Source: Candidatus Oxydemutatoraceae bacterium (GTDB lineage: Bacteria > Pseudomonadota > Gammaproteobacteria > Poriferisulfidales > Oxydemutatoraceae). Taken from it: DNA of 64,000 nt. Positions 1-9,794 of this stretch are shown here, in pieces; the first letter of the stretch is position 1, and each line of letters opens with the position of its first letter. The stretch lies in the NCBI GenBank assembly GCA_965220085.1, contig CBDCOZ010000003.1:736001-800000 (forward strand), read 5' to 3'. The notes below the pieces were generated by a model. That model was not told the DNA's origin, did not search any database, and saw only the letters and a program-made list of their open reading frames with translations. The translations under genes and the position numbers were made by a program.

Positions 1-1532
1 TGCTTGCCCTGTTCGCTGTCTGCGCTCAGGCGCAGGCGCAAAATGCCACCGGCATACCGGCGGTCACCTACGCCAGCGGCATAATCGCTCCCACCGAAGA
101 TTCCGCCATCACCGCCAACGGCGGCAGCGGTTCCACCGCCATAGCCGACACCGATGGCTTGGGCACTTTCAGTTGGCAGTGGAGTGCGGCCGATACCAAC
201 GGCGGCGACTACGCCGACATCGCCATGGCGACCAATGCCGCATTCACTCCCGGCGATGATGAGGTGGGCAAGTTCCTGCGGGTCTGCGCATCTTTCAGAG
301 ATAACGCCGGCAACAACGAGGAGCGATGCCTGCCGATAGCCACCGCCGTGGCCAACATCAACGACAAGCCGGTGCCCGTCGCCAACACAATTTCGGTGAG
401 CACCACCGCCGATGCCGACAATCCTTATGTCTTCTCTGCGGATGACTTTCCATTCACGGATGTGGACGGCGACATGCTGGCGGGCATCGAAATAGCCGCC
501 CTGCCAGGAAGAGATTCTACAGCCGGGCCAGGCAGTCCGGGCACCCTGGCATTGAACGGAACGGCCTTGACCGCTGTCCCCGCAAGCACCATCACCGTAG
601 CCCAACTGGAGGCCGGCGCTCTGACCTATTACCCGCCAGAGGGCGAGCAACCCACCAACCCCAATGACCCCTTTGCCAGATTAGCCTTCTTCGGCTTTGA
701 TGTGGTGGACGATGGCAGTGATGGCAACACCAACAATGTCAGCAATGTGGGCAGAACCATAGACATACGACTGGTGTCGGTGAATCAGACTGCCGCCAGC
801 GGCAGACCCAGAATAGTAGTGCTGAATGTTCCCACCGATATCCACACCCACGCTGAGGGCACCCAACTGAGAGCCGACACCAGAGACATCGTTGAACCCA
901 ACGGCATAGACCGCAGCACTCTGGAGTGGCAATGGCAGTTATCCTCTGTCGGCGATGGTGTCTTTGCCGACATAAGCGGCGCCACCGGAGGCACATTCAC
1001 CCCGGGCCATGCCCATGTGGGCATGCACATCCGCGTCTGCGCCAGTTTTATGGACAATCACGCCATGCCGGAGACTGTGGAAGACCTGTGCTCCGCCTCT
1101 ATCCGGGTGACTAATGCCAACGATGCCCCGGTGGCGCAAGACCACGCTATAAATGTGTCTGTGGATGCCACCATGGCCAACCCCTACGCTTTCAGCACAG
1201 ACGACTTTCCCTTTGACGATGAGGACGATGACAATCTGGCCAGTGTCATTCTGGAATCGTTGCCGCAATCCGGCGCCTTGCGCAACGGCTCCGCCGCCGC
1301 CGCGGTCGGCGATATCATAGCGGCCGATGCTATAGACGATCTGACGTACTATCCGGCCGCCGAGCAGAATGTCCAGACCGGCTACGCAAGATTCGACTTC
1401 AAGGTGACCGACGATGGCAGCGATGGCAGCGACAACAGGACCAGTGCCAACACCGCCGCCATCACCATCAATCTGGTGCCGGCCAACCTGCGCCTGCGCT
1501 TGCGCCTCTTCCTTGAGGGCCCGTTGCGGTAG
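1..1532 (+). CDS. Secreted Ig/cadherin-like repeat protein with C-terminal LRLRLFLEGPLR motif (5' end outside window)
   Basis: Frame is open from position 3 (LALFAVCAQAQAQ|NATG, signal peptide end). Two WQW..D..G...I..AT...FTP....VG...RVC.SF.D units alternate with N..P.A...F...DFPF.D.D.D.L units. Ends NLRLRLRLFLEGPLR*. Confidence 0.8.
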   Translation, partial: LALFAVCAQAQAQNATGIPAVTYASGIIAPTEDSAITANGGSGSTAIADTDGLGTFSWQWSAADTNGGDYADIAMATNAAFTPGDDEVGKFLRVCASFRDNAGNNEERCLPIATAVANINDKPVPVANTISVSTTADADNPYVFSADDFPFTDVDGDMLAGIEIAALPGRDSTAGPGSPGTLALNGTALTAVPASTITVAQLEAGALTYYPPEGEQPTNPNDPFARLAFFGFDVVDDGSDGNTNNVSNVGRTIDIRLVSVNQTAASGRPRIVVLNVPTDIHTHAEGTQLRADTRDIVEPNGIDRSTLEWQWQLSSVGDGVFADISGATGGTFTPGHAHVGMHIRVCASFMDNHAMPETVEDLCSASIRVTNANDAPVAQDHAINVSVDATMANPYAFSTDDFPFDDEDDDNLASVILESLPQSGALRNGSAAAAVGDIIAADAIDDLTYYPAAEQNVQTGYARFDFKVTDDGSDGSDNRTSANTAAITINLVPANLRLRLRLFLEGPLR

Positions 1533-1671
1533 TGCGTAGCCGCGGAGAAGGATAGTTATGAGGCGCACAAGAGGATGGAACAGGATATCAGGATACTTGC
1601 GGATGGCTTTGTGGCGGAAGCGCTCACTGCGCAACCGCATTCACGAGATACAAACCATAAGGAGAAATGCG

Positions 1672-2595
1672 ATGCACTGCCAAATTTTTGATACTGCCCT
1701 CCGGCACTGGCGGGCAACGATGACGCGGCGCAACCTCTGGTCATTGGTTCTGCTCGCCCTGCTCGCTGTCTGCGGTCAGGCGCAGGCGCAAACCGCATGT
1801 CCCCAAGGGCAAACGCGAGTCACGAGTTCGGTCCTTCTGTCCACCGGTTGCTTTGACGATGCCTTAATCCCGATTCTGAATGACTGCAAAAAAGCGGGAT
1901 GGAGAGGCGAGGACGCGGAGGGAGTGTTTCTTAGTCTCGGGGAACTGGCTTGCGAGATTCCTTCGAGTGAAGCAGGTGGCTCCAGTGCGCAATCGTGCTA
2001 CATTGTTTCGGCAATCGGGAGCACCCCGCTCTGCGCAACTATGTATGGCGACCCGCCGGTTTTTCCAAAAGCGGCGGAATATCCTCATGTCCGCCCCGGA
2101 AGCGGACGCACTTTTACCGCAAACTGCGACAATTCGCCCGCCGGCACAACAGTCCCCGGCGGTTATCCGCCGAACCACAACCTCAACGGCGAAACCGAAT
2201 GCTCCTGCGATTTGGATTCGCACATCGGCACATGGCCGAACTGCGTTGCCACGCCGGATTTGACCCGCGCCCAACGGGAGGGGATTGGCACATGCGCGAG
2301 TCGGTGGAGTGTTTCCACCGCCACCGCTTCTATCAAATGCGAAATCCCGCTGACTTCGGGCGGGACGAATTATGACGGTTGCTTTTTTGGCGAGGGCCCG
2401 CCGCGGTGCGCCGATGTGTTCGGCGAAGAATATGCCTTTCCCGATGAAACGCTTCCGGTTCAGGAGCGATATGTTTTCAACTGCGGGGAGGGCATGATTC
2501 CGGCAGGTGCGAATCTGAATGGCGCGACGGAATGCGTGCGCCAACCGTACTTGCGGCTACGGTTGCGTCTTTTCCTTGAGGGCCCGTTGCGGTAG
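1672..2595 (+). CDS. Secreted cysteine-rich protein with LRLRLFLEGPLR tail
   Basis: AGGAG RBS then ATG 1672; signal peptide ...LLALLAVCGQAQAQ; many Cys; paralogous to 5047, 39635, 41008. Confidence 0.8.
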   Translation: MHCQIFDTALRHWRATMTRRNLWSLVLLALLAVCGQAQAQTACPQGQTRVTSSVLLSTGCFDDALIPILNDCKKAGWRGEDAEGVFLSLGELACEIPSSEAGGSSAQSCYIVSAIGSTPLCATMYGDPPVFPKAAEYPHVRPGSGRTFTANCDNSPAGTTVPGGYPPNHNLNGETECSCDLDSHIGTWPNCVATPDLTRAQREGIGTCASRWSVSTATASIKCEIPLTSGGTNYDGCFFGEGPPRCADVFGEEYAFPDETLPVQERYVFNCGEGMIPAGANLNGATECVRQPYLRLRLRLFLEGPLR

Positions 2596-2770
2596 CGCGA
2601 GTGACCGGCGGCGGAGCAGGGGAGTGTCGTGGGGTGTGCAAGGGTGAGGCAGGTACGGAGTATGTACACAAACAACATTTAATGAGGCACGGTAGTAAGA
2701 GCACAGTGATAAGAGCACAAACAATACTTAATTGTTTGTGGCTTCCTGAGTTGTTTGCGGATTGTTAATT

Positions 2771-2879
2771 GTTTGCGGAGTTTGAAGCGGGTTGTTGATG
2801 GCCGATACGCGGACATTCAATAATTGTCGGATAAAGTATCTGCTATGGTGTAACACCCAACGGCCGCGCTATGGACTGG
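2771..2879 (+). mobile_element. Degenerate 3' fragment of the IS481-family transposase
   Basis: Aligns by eye with 22452-22561 (gtttg[c/t]ggagtttgaag...cccaacg.cc.c.ctatgga). Confidence 0.7.
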
Positions 2880-3093
2880 AACTTCTATTGGGGGCTGGTA
2901 CGGGCCGATTTTTTGAAAGCGTCGGTCTACCTCGTCATGTTGACAATCTTACTCGGCTACAGGGCATATTTTTCGGTCTTCGTGCGGGAAATTCTCAAGC
3001 GGTGATAAACGGCTTCCCCTATTTTGCAGTGTCCTCGCTTGTGCCCTTGCCGCCCCTGCGCCTGCGCTTTTTCCTTCAAGATCCTTGCAATAA
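2880..3093 (+). pseudogene. Remnant 3' end of a tail-family gene (LRLRFFLQDPCN)
   Basis: Degenerate tail at about 3053-3090, no signal peptide, lies directly after an IS fragment. Confidence 0.5.
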
Positions 3094-3168
3094 TGCGAGT
3101 ATCCTGCGGCAGAGCAGGGGAGTATTACGGGGCGCAGACAAGGGGAGCGAGGCAGGATACCAAGGCAC

Positions 3169-3196
3169 TTGCAAATGACTGACACTGTGGTATAGT
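3169..3196 (+). promoter_or_regulatory. Sigma70-like promoter of tail-family cluster (TTGCAA-16-TATAGT, extended -10)
   Basis: Same motif recurs at 37348, 50923 and 61951, each upstream of a poly-C gene. Confidence 0.6.
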
Positions 3197-3340
3197 GCGC
3201 TAAATGAGGGAAACAATGGACAATTCAACTCTTGTAAATGACTCGCACCTTGTGGCAGAGTGCGCCAAATGAGGGAAACAATGGACAACTCAACTTTTAT
3301 AAATGACTCGCACCTTGTGGCAGAGTACACAGCACTAGGC

Positions 3341-3520
3341 AATCCACAAACAGTTTGTGCCTCACTAAGAAGCCACAAACAACGAATCAAGGACACACAA
3401 ACAACAAATCGAAGATACACAAACAACGAATCAAGGACACACAAACAACGAAGTTGTTTGTGCTTCTTATCATGTGCTTCTTATCATGTGCTTCTTATCA
3501 TGTGCCTCTCATCACTGTGT
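3341..3520. repeat. CACAAAC/GTTTGTG array in leader (about 22-bp units x4, then 14-bp tgtgcttcttatca x3)
   Basis: Direct inspection; palindrome cacaaacagtttgtg at about 3345-3359. Confidence 0.7.
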
Positions 3521-3574
3521 ACATATACCGTGCAACTACATTCACTAGGCACATGCCATAAGGAGTAATAGATT

Positions 3575-5003
3575 ATGAATAGACAAAACTTTAATACTAC
3601 CCCCCCCCCCCCCCCCCCCCCCTCGCTATGTAAATAAGGGGATTGCGGGCACTTGGCTGTATCGCCTCGCCGCCCGCTTTCTGCAAGTACTTCGCTCCTT
3701 CCCACACTGGCGGGTAACACTAACCCGGCTTAGCCTCCGGTCGCTTATTCTGTCGGTCCTGTTTGCCGTCTGCACACCGGCCCAGTCGCACAGCGCCCAT
3801 CCGCCTGGCAACGCAGACCCGACCACGGTTGGTCTGGCCAAACCGTTAGCCCTGAGTAACACCATATTAGTGTTGCAAGATGCTAACGCCGACAACCCGT
3901 ACACTTTCAAGCGGGCCGACTTCGGCTATTCGGATAGCGACCGAGACAGCCTGCAACACATAACCATAAAGAGCCTGCCGGCTCTTGGCACATTGCAGGT
4001 GGACGGCACCGCCGCCACTGAGGAACAGACTGTGGCGCCCGCCGACTTCGGCACCATCACCTGGTATCCGCCGGCAAATGCGTCGGCGAAGATTAGCTAC
4101 ACCAGTTTCACCTACAGCGTCACCGCCGGCAACGAGGAATCCAATTTAGACGCCACCGTGACCATAAATCTTTTATCAACCGAGCAAGTCCCTGCCACCG
4201 GCGCGCCCGAACTGACGAACTCGGAAACTTTCAGCAGTCAGACCACATACAACGATGGCAATAGGCTCCTGATCAGGATTGGGTCTTCGCCTGTCGACCT
4301 CAACGGCATAAACTACGATACTCTGGAATATATATACCAACAGTCCCCCGCCGCAGACGGCACATACGCCACTTTCAGAGGTCCGCTCGGTATAAGAGTG
4401 CGTAATAGCGAAGTATTCATAATCCGGCAGTCCAATGTGGGCCAATACATCCGCGTATGCGTGACCTTTATGGATCTGCACGCCACCCCCAACAGCGAGG
4501 GGCCGCTGTGCTCCGCCGGCGCCCTTGTAACAAATGTGAGCGACCAGCCCGTCGGCGGTGACAGCGTCGTTGAGGTGCCGGTAACTGCCAGTTCCGCCGA
4601 CCCGCACCGCTTTGTGCGGGCGGACTTTCCCTTCAGCGATGCGGATGGCGACACCATCAACGGCATACGCATAACCGCCCTGCCCGCGACGGGCACTTTG
4701 GCGCTGGCGGGCGATGCCGCTTTCACGATAAGCACAGGCACCGAGTTGACACTGGATCAGTTGGATACCTTGGCATACTATCCGGATGCCAATGCTGCCG
4801 TTGGCGCGGGCTATGCGACATTCGCCTACAGAGTGCGGGATACCGGCGATGTCAGCGCCACAGTCCGAAGGTGCACTCCAACGGGCGGGTGTAGATCGAT
4901 CCCCGGCAGCACCAACGAGGCCGCAGCCGATTCCACCCTCACCATAGACTTGGGGGTGATTGCCTTGCGCTTGCGTCTTTTTCTGGAGGGCCCGTTGCGA
5001 TGA
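3575..5003 (+). CDS. Secreted Ig/cadherin-like protein with LRLRLFLEGPLR tail; frameshifted in poly-C (C23, 3600-3622), putative phase-OFF
   Basis: AGGAG-ATG 3575 (MNRQNFNTTPPP) stops at 3635-3637. The frame of ORF 3870..5003 is open back to the tract and encodes the signal peptide (...HWRVTLTRLSLRSLILSVLFAVCTPAQS). Confidence 0.75.
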
Positions 5004-5046
5004 TGGGAAACACACTTTATGTACAAACCACATTAGGAGTAATACT

Positions 5047-6033
5047 ATGAATCAACAAATTTCTAATACTGCCCCGCATTGGCGGGCAACGATGACGTGG
5101 CGTAGCCTCCGGTTGCCGGTTCTGCTCGCCATGCTCGCCGTCTGCGCTCAGGCGCAAACGCAAACTTGTCCGGTGGGGCAGGAGGATGTCGGCGGCGTTT
5201 GCCATGCTGTTTGTGCCGAAGGGCAGGCGCGAGTCACGAGCAGTGTGGTTGAAGTCGGAAGCGGCCCCGCTACCGGGTGCTTTTCCGATGTATTAGCCTC
5301 GTATGCGAAGGCTTGCGAAAACATGGGATGGTTAGCCGATTCGCTCGGGACGTTTCTGCACCTCGGAGAACTGGTTTGCGGGATCCCCTCTCAGTTGTAT
5401 CCTGATACTGGTCGTATTCAGTCGGGTTCCTCGTGCTTTCTGGCAGGAAGCGCCGACCGGCTGTGTACGGACATGTATGGTGATCCGCCTGTTTTTCCCA
5501 AAGCGGAAGACCACCCTAATGTTAATCAATTTAGCGAGAGGGGGGGAAATCACCTCAGCGATTCCTTTGTGGCAAATTGTGCTCGGGGCGGGAATGTTCC
5601 CGGCGGCTATCCGCCGGGTCACAACCTCAACGGCGAAACCGAATGCACCTGCGATTTGGACTCGCACATCGGCACATGGCCGGACTGCACGGCCTTTCCG
5701 ACCGGCTTAACCTCCGCCGAGCGGGAGGGGGTTCGCACATGTGCGAATCAAGGGTGGGATGTTTCCACCGGCACCGCCTTCTTCAAATGCGACATCCCGC
5801 TGATCTCCGGCGAGGGTACTTTTGACGAGTGCTTTTTCGGTCCGGGTACGCCGCAGTGCGCGGATGTATTCGGCGCGGAGTTTGCCTTCCCGGAACAGGA
5901 GGATTCGGTTCGGTATGTTTTCAGTTGCGGGGCGGGCATGTTTCCGGCGGGGGCGAATACGAATGGCGCAACGGAATGTACCGCCCACCTGCGCTTGCGG
6001 TTGCGCCTTTTTCTGGAGGGCCCGTTGCGATGA
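5047..6033 (+). CDS. Secreted cysteine-rich protein with LRLRLFLEGPLR tail
   Basis: AGGAG RBS, MNQQISNTAPHWR...AVCAQAQ signal; paralog of 1672. Confidence 0.8.
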   Translation: MNQQISNTAPHWRATMTWRSLRLPVLLAMLAVCAQAQTQTCPVGQEDVGGVCHAVCAEGQARVTSSVVEVGSGPATGCFSDVLASYAKACENMGWLADSLGTFLHLGELVCGIPSQLYPDTGRIQSGSSCFLAGSADRLCTDMYGDPPVFPKAEDHPNVNQFSERGGNHLSDSFVANCARGGNVPGGYPPGHNLNGETECTCDLDSHIGTWPDCTAFPTGLTSAEREGVRTCANQGWDVSTGTAFFKCDIPLISGEGTFDECFFGPGTPQCADVFGAEFAFPEQEDSVRYVFSCGAGMFPAGANTNGATECTAHLRLRLRLFLEGPLR

Positions 6034-6076
6034 TGGGAAACACACTTTATGTACAAACCACATTAGGAGTAATACT

Positions 6077-7687
6077 ATGAATCAACAAATTTCTAATACT
6101 GCCCCGCATTGGCGGGCAACGATGACGTGGCGTAGCCTCCGGTTGCCGGTTCTGCTCGCCATGCTCGCCGTCTGCACTCAGGCGCAGGCGCAGGGCAATG
6201 CCACCGGCATGCCGGAAGTTACCTACGCCAGCGGCATAATGGTTCCCACCGAAGACTCCGCCATCACCGCAAACAAGGGCAACATACAAGACCCGGACAA
6301 CACTCCGACGACCGCCATCGGCGCCATCAGTTGGCAATGGAGCGCGGCCGATACCGATGGCGGCAACTACACCGACATAGCCATGGCGACCAATGACGCC
6401 TTTACTCCGGGCGATGACGAGGTGGGCAAGTTCCTGCAGGTCTGCGCATCTTTCACGGATAACGCCAGCAACAACGAGAAGCGCTGCCTGCAGATAGCCA
6501 CCGCCGTTGCCAACATCAACGACAAGCCGGTGCCTATCGCCAACACAATTTCGGTGAGCACCGCCGCCGATGCCGACAATCCCTACGTCTTCTCCGCGGA
6601 TGACTTTCCATTCACCGATGCGGACGACGACATGCTGGCGGGCATCAATTTAGTCACCCTGCCAGGAAGAGATCCTACAGCCGGGCCAGGCAGTCCGGGC
6701 ACCATGGCATTGAACGGAACGGCCTTGACCGCTGTCCCCGCAAGCACCATCACCGTAGCCCAACTGGAGGCCGGCGCCCTGACCTATTACCCGCCGCCGG
6801 GCGAGCAACCCACCGACCCCGATGCCCTCTTTCTCAGATTCGCCTTCTTCAACTTTGATGTGACGGACGATGGCAGCGATGGCAACACCAACAATGCCAG
6901 CAATGATGGCCAAACCATAGAGATACGACTGGTATCGGTGGCTCAGACTGCCGTCAGCGGCAGACCCAGAATAATAGTGGATGGCGCTCACGCCAGGGTC
7001 CGCACCCACGCTGAGGGCTCCCTGCTACAAGCCGACACCATTGGCATCGTTGAACCCAACGGCATAAACCGCAGCACTCTGGAGTGGCAGTGGCAGTCAT
7101 CCTCTGCCAGCGATGGCGCTTTCGCCGACATAAGCGGCGCCACCGAGGGCACATTCACCCCGGGCCAGGTCCATGTGGGCATGCACATCCGCGTCTGCGC
7201 CAGTTTTATGGACAATCACCCAACCCCGGAGACTGTGGAGGGCCTGTGCTCCCCCTCCATCCGGGTGACCGAGGCCAATGTTGCCCCCATCAGCGACGAT
7301 GCATCTGTGAGCGTATCCCCCGCCGCAACCGCGGCTCAGCCATACCGCTTCAAGGTCTCTGACTTCCCGTTCAGGGACACCGTCGGCGACCGCCTGCTCG
7401 GAATAACCATAGTTTCCACCGTAGAATCCGGCAAGGGCACGCTCCGCTTTTCGAGTCTGGAGATTACCCTCAGAGACAACCTAGACACCTTCGTCATAGA
7501 CGGGTCTCGAATACCAGAGTTCACCTACTACCCCCCTGCGGGTAGCGGTATCACCTCCGACTTCGCCACTTTCAGATTCAGAGTAAGCGATGGCAAAGCG
7601 GAAAGCGCAATCCACGCCATGACCATACATCTGGCGGAGCACCTGCGGTTGCGCTTGCGCCTTTTCCTTGAGGGCCCGTTGCGGTAG
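6077..7687 (+). CDS. Secreted Ig/cadherin-like repeat protein with LRLRLFLEGPLR tail
   Basis: Signal peptide nearly identical to 5047; body closely paralogous to the gene ending at 1532. Confidence 0.8.
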   Translation: MNQQISNTAPHWRATMTWRSLRLPVLLAMLAVCTQAQAQGNATGMPEVTYASGIMVPTEDSAITANKGNIQDPDNTPTTAIGAISWQWSAADTDGGNYTDIAMATNDAFTPGDDEVGKFLQVCASFTDNASNNEKRCLQIATAVANINDKPVPIANTISVSTAADADNPYVFSADDFPFTDADDDMLAGINLVTLPGRDPTAGPGSPGTMALNGTALTAVPASTITVAQLEAGALTYYPPPGEQPTDPDALFLRFAFFNFDVTDDGSDGNTNNASNDGQTIEIRLVSVAQTAVSGRPRIIVDGAHARVRTHAEGSLLQADTIGIVEPNGINRSTLEWQWQSSSASDGAFADISGATEGTFTPGQVHVGMHIRVCASFMDNHPTPETVEGLCSPSIRVTEANVAPISDDASVSVSPAATAAQPYRFKVSDFPFRDTVGDRLLGITIVSTVESGKGTLRFSSLEITLRDNLDTFVIDGSRIPEFTYYPPAGSGITSDFATFRFRVSDGKAESAIHAMTIHLAEHLRLRLRLFLEGPLR

Positions 7688-7749
7688 CGCGAGTGACCGG
7701 CGGCGGAGCAGGGGAGTGTCGTGGAGTGCGCAAGGGGGTGAGGATACAA

Positions 7750-7971
7750 ATGAATGCATTCAATGAGCGCTTATCGCCTCTTTTTGAAGGGTTTGCAGAA
7801 TTGAAGCGGGTTTGTTGCTGACCGATACGCGGGCATTCAATAATTGTCGGATAGGCTATCCGCTATGGTTTCACACCGCCGCGAAGGGACTACACTACGG
7901 GCTGAGGCTTCAAGCGCCTATGACACACACAATATTTGCCTCAGGCGTCCGATATGTCATGGCATCATGCA
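7750..7971 (+). mobile_element. Degenerate IS481 3' fragment including right end
   Basis: Matches 22408-22632 by eye; ends gatatgtcatggcatcatgca versus aatatgtactggcatcataca. Confidence 0.7.
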
Positions 7972-8034
7972 ACCGCTTCCCCGACGGCAAAATACTTTGC
8001 TATAATTGGCTTTCTGACTCAGGGGGTATTACAA

Positions 8035-9285
8035 ATGTTTAAGTCTGATATGAATATTGCGGAGTTTGATCCGCAGTTGGCCGCCGCTCTTGCCGCAGAA
8101 CGCAAGCGACAGGAAGAGCATGTTGAATTAATTGCTTCCGAAAATTATGCGAGTCCGCGGGTGATGGAAGCGCAAGGGTCGGCGATGACCAACAAATATG
8201 CCGAAGGGTATCCGGCCAAGCGCTATTACGGCGGTTGCGAGCATGTCGATGTGGCCGAGCAGTTGGCGATCGATCGCTTGAACGAGCTCTACGGCAGCGA
8301 CTACGCAAACGTGCAACCGCATTCCGGTTCGCAAGCGAACGCGGCGGTTTATCTTGCGTTGTGCCTGCCGGGCGATACGATTATGGGCATGAGTCTCGCC
8401 CATGGCGGACACTTGACGCACGGCGCCAAAGTAAACTTTTCCGGCAAGATATTCAATGCGGCGCAATACGGCATCGATGACGACGGCCGGTTGGAGTATG
8501 ACAAGATTCGCCAACTGGCGCTGGAAAGCAAGCCGAAAATGCTGATCGCCGGGTTCTCGGCTTATTCGCAAGTGATTGACTGGCAACGGATGCGCGCGAT
8601 TGCCGATGAGGTCGGGGCCTATTTTGTGGTCGATATGGCGCATGTCTCGGGCCTGGTTGCGGCGGACGAATATCCCAACCCGGTGCCGCACGCGCATGTG
8701 GTTACCTCGACGACGCACAAAACTTTGCGCGGCCCGCGCGGCGGTTTTATCATTTGCCGGGCAAACGAGGAGCTCGAGAAGAAATTAAACTCGATGGTTT
8801 TTCCGGGCATGCAGGGCGGGCCGTTGATGCATGTGATCGCGGCCAAAGCGGTCGCTTTCAAGGAAGCGTTGCAACCGGACTTCAAAGACTACATACGCGC
8901 GGTCAAGAGCAACGCGCGGATTATGGCAAAGACTTTGACGGAGCGCGGTTACGATGTGGTTTCCGGCGGCACGGAGAATCATCTGATGTTGGTCAGTTTG
9001 ATTGCAAAAGGGATTACCGGCAAGGCCGCCGACGCCGCATTGGGGCGGGCGAATATCACGGTGAATAAAAACAGCGTTCCGAATGACCCCAATTCGCCTT
9101 TTGTAACCGGCGGCCTGCGTTTTGGCACGCCCGCTATTACGACACGCGGGTTTGACGGCGAGACGACGGTTTATCTGACCGGGCTGATTTGCGATGTGCT
9201 CGATGACATCGGGAACGAAGACAAGATTCGCGAAGTCAAAGCCAAAGTCGTTGAGTTGTGTCGCAAATATCCGGTCTATGGATAA
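8035..9285 (+). CDS. glyA: Serine hydroxymethyltransferase
   Basis: [35 protein letters not shown] motifs. Confidence 0.98.
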   Translation: MFKSDMNIAEFDPQLAAALAAERKRQEEHVELIASENYASPRVMEAQGSAMTNKYAEGYPAKRYYGGCEHVDVAEQLAIDRLNELYGSDYANVQPHSGSQANAAVYLALCLPGDTIMGMSLAHGGHLTHGAKVNFSGKIFNAAQYGIDDDGRLEYDKIRQLALESKPKMLIAGFSAYSQVIDWQRMRAIADEVGAYFVVDMAHVSGLVAADEYPNPVPHAHVVTSTTHKTLRGPRGGFIICRANEELEKKLNSMVFPGMQGGPLMHVIAAKAVAFKEALQPDFKDYIRAVKSNARIMAKTLTERGYDVVSGGTENHLMLVSLIAKGITGKAADAALGRANITVNKNSVPNDPNSPFVTGGLRFGTPAITTRGFDGETTVYLTGLICDVLDDIGNEDKIREVKAKVVELCRKYPVYG

Positions 9286-9293
9286 GCATACGC

Positions 9294-9794
9294 GTGAAGT
9301 GCCCCCGTTGCGGATCTGACAAAGACAACATCAAGGTCGTTGATTCCCGACCGATCGATGACGGTATCAGACGGCGGCGCAAATGCGACGCATGCGGACA
9401 CCGATTCACGACCGTTGAAACGGTCAGCGCCAAGCGCGCAAAAATTATCAAACGCGCCGGTCGCCGTGAGAGCTTCGATGACAGAAAACTGCGCGCCGGC
9501 ATCGAAGCGGTTCTTGCAAAGCGCGATGTGCCGGACGCAAAAATAAACGAGTTGATCGAAAGCATTCAATGCCACGTTACTTCCACGCACCATCCCGAAA
9601 TAAAATCGGCGGAGATTGCGCGCATGGTGATGCGCGGTCTGGAAGAGATCGATCCCATCGCCTATGTCCGCTACGCCTCGTCATATCGCCGCTTTAAGGA
9701 TGCCGGAATCTTAGACGCGGCTCAGCATATTCATGCGCAGAATCTCGCACAGGAAAACTTCCCGTTTGAAGATATCGCAGACGATGACGACTGA
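9294..9794 (+). CDS. nrdR: Transcriptional repressor NrdR
   Basis: CPRC...VVDSR...RRRRKC..C..RFTT zinc ribbon, ATP cone, AYVRYAS.Y. Confidence 0.95.
   Translation: MKCPRCGSDKDNIKVVDSRPIDDGIRRRRKCDACGHRFTTVETVSAKRAKIIKRAGRRESFDDRKLRAGIEAVLAKRDVPDAKINELIESIQCHVTSTHHPEIKSAEIARMVMRGLEEIDPIAYVRYASSYRRFKDAGILDAAQHIHAQNLAQENFPFEDIADDDD

Noticed and set aside
1488-1545. Integron attC sites at the ends of tail-family genes
   Set aside because: No RYYYAAC...GTTRRRY boxes or extended palindrome, no intI, and the conservation is at peptide level.
2588-2600. RfaH ops element (gcggtagc) at several gene ends
   Set aside because: Explained by Arg codon CGG plus TAG stop; other members use cgatga/cgatag; ops normally lies in 5' leaders.
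1-7687. Diversity-generating retroelement acting on the paralogs
   Set aside because: No reverse transcriptase, and differences between paralogs are not adenine-specific.
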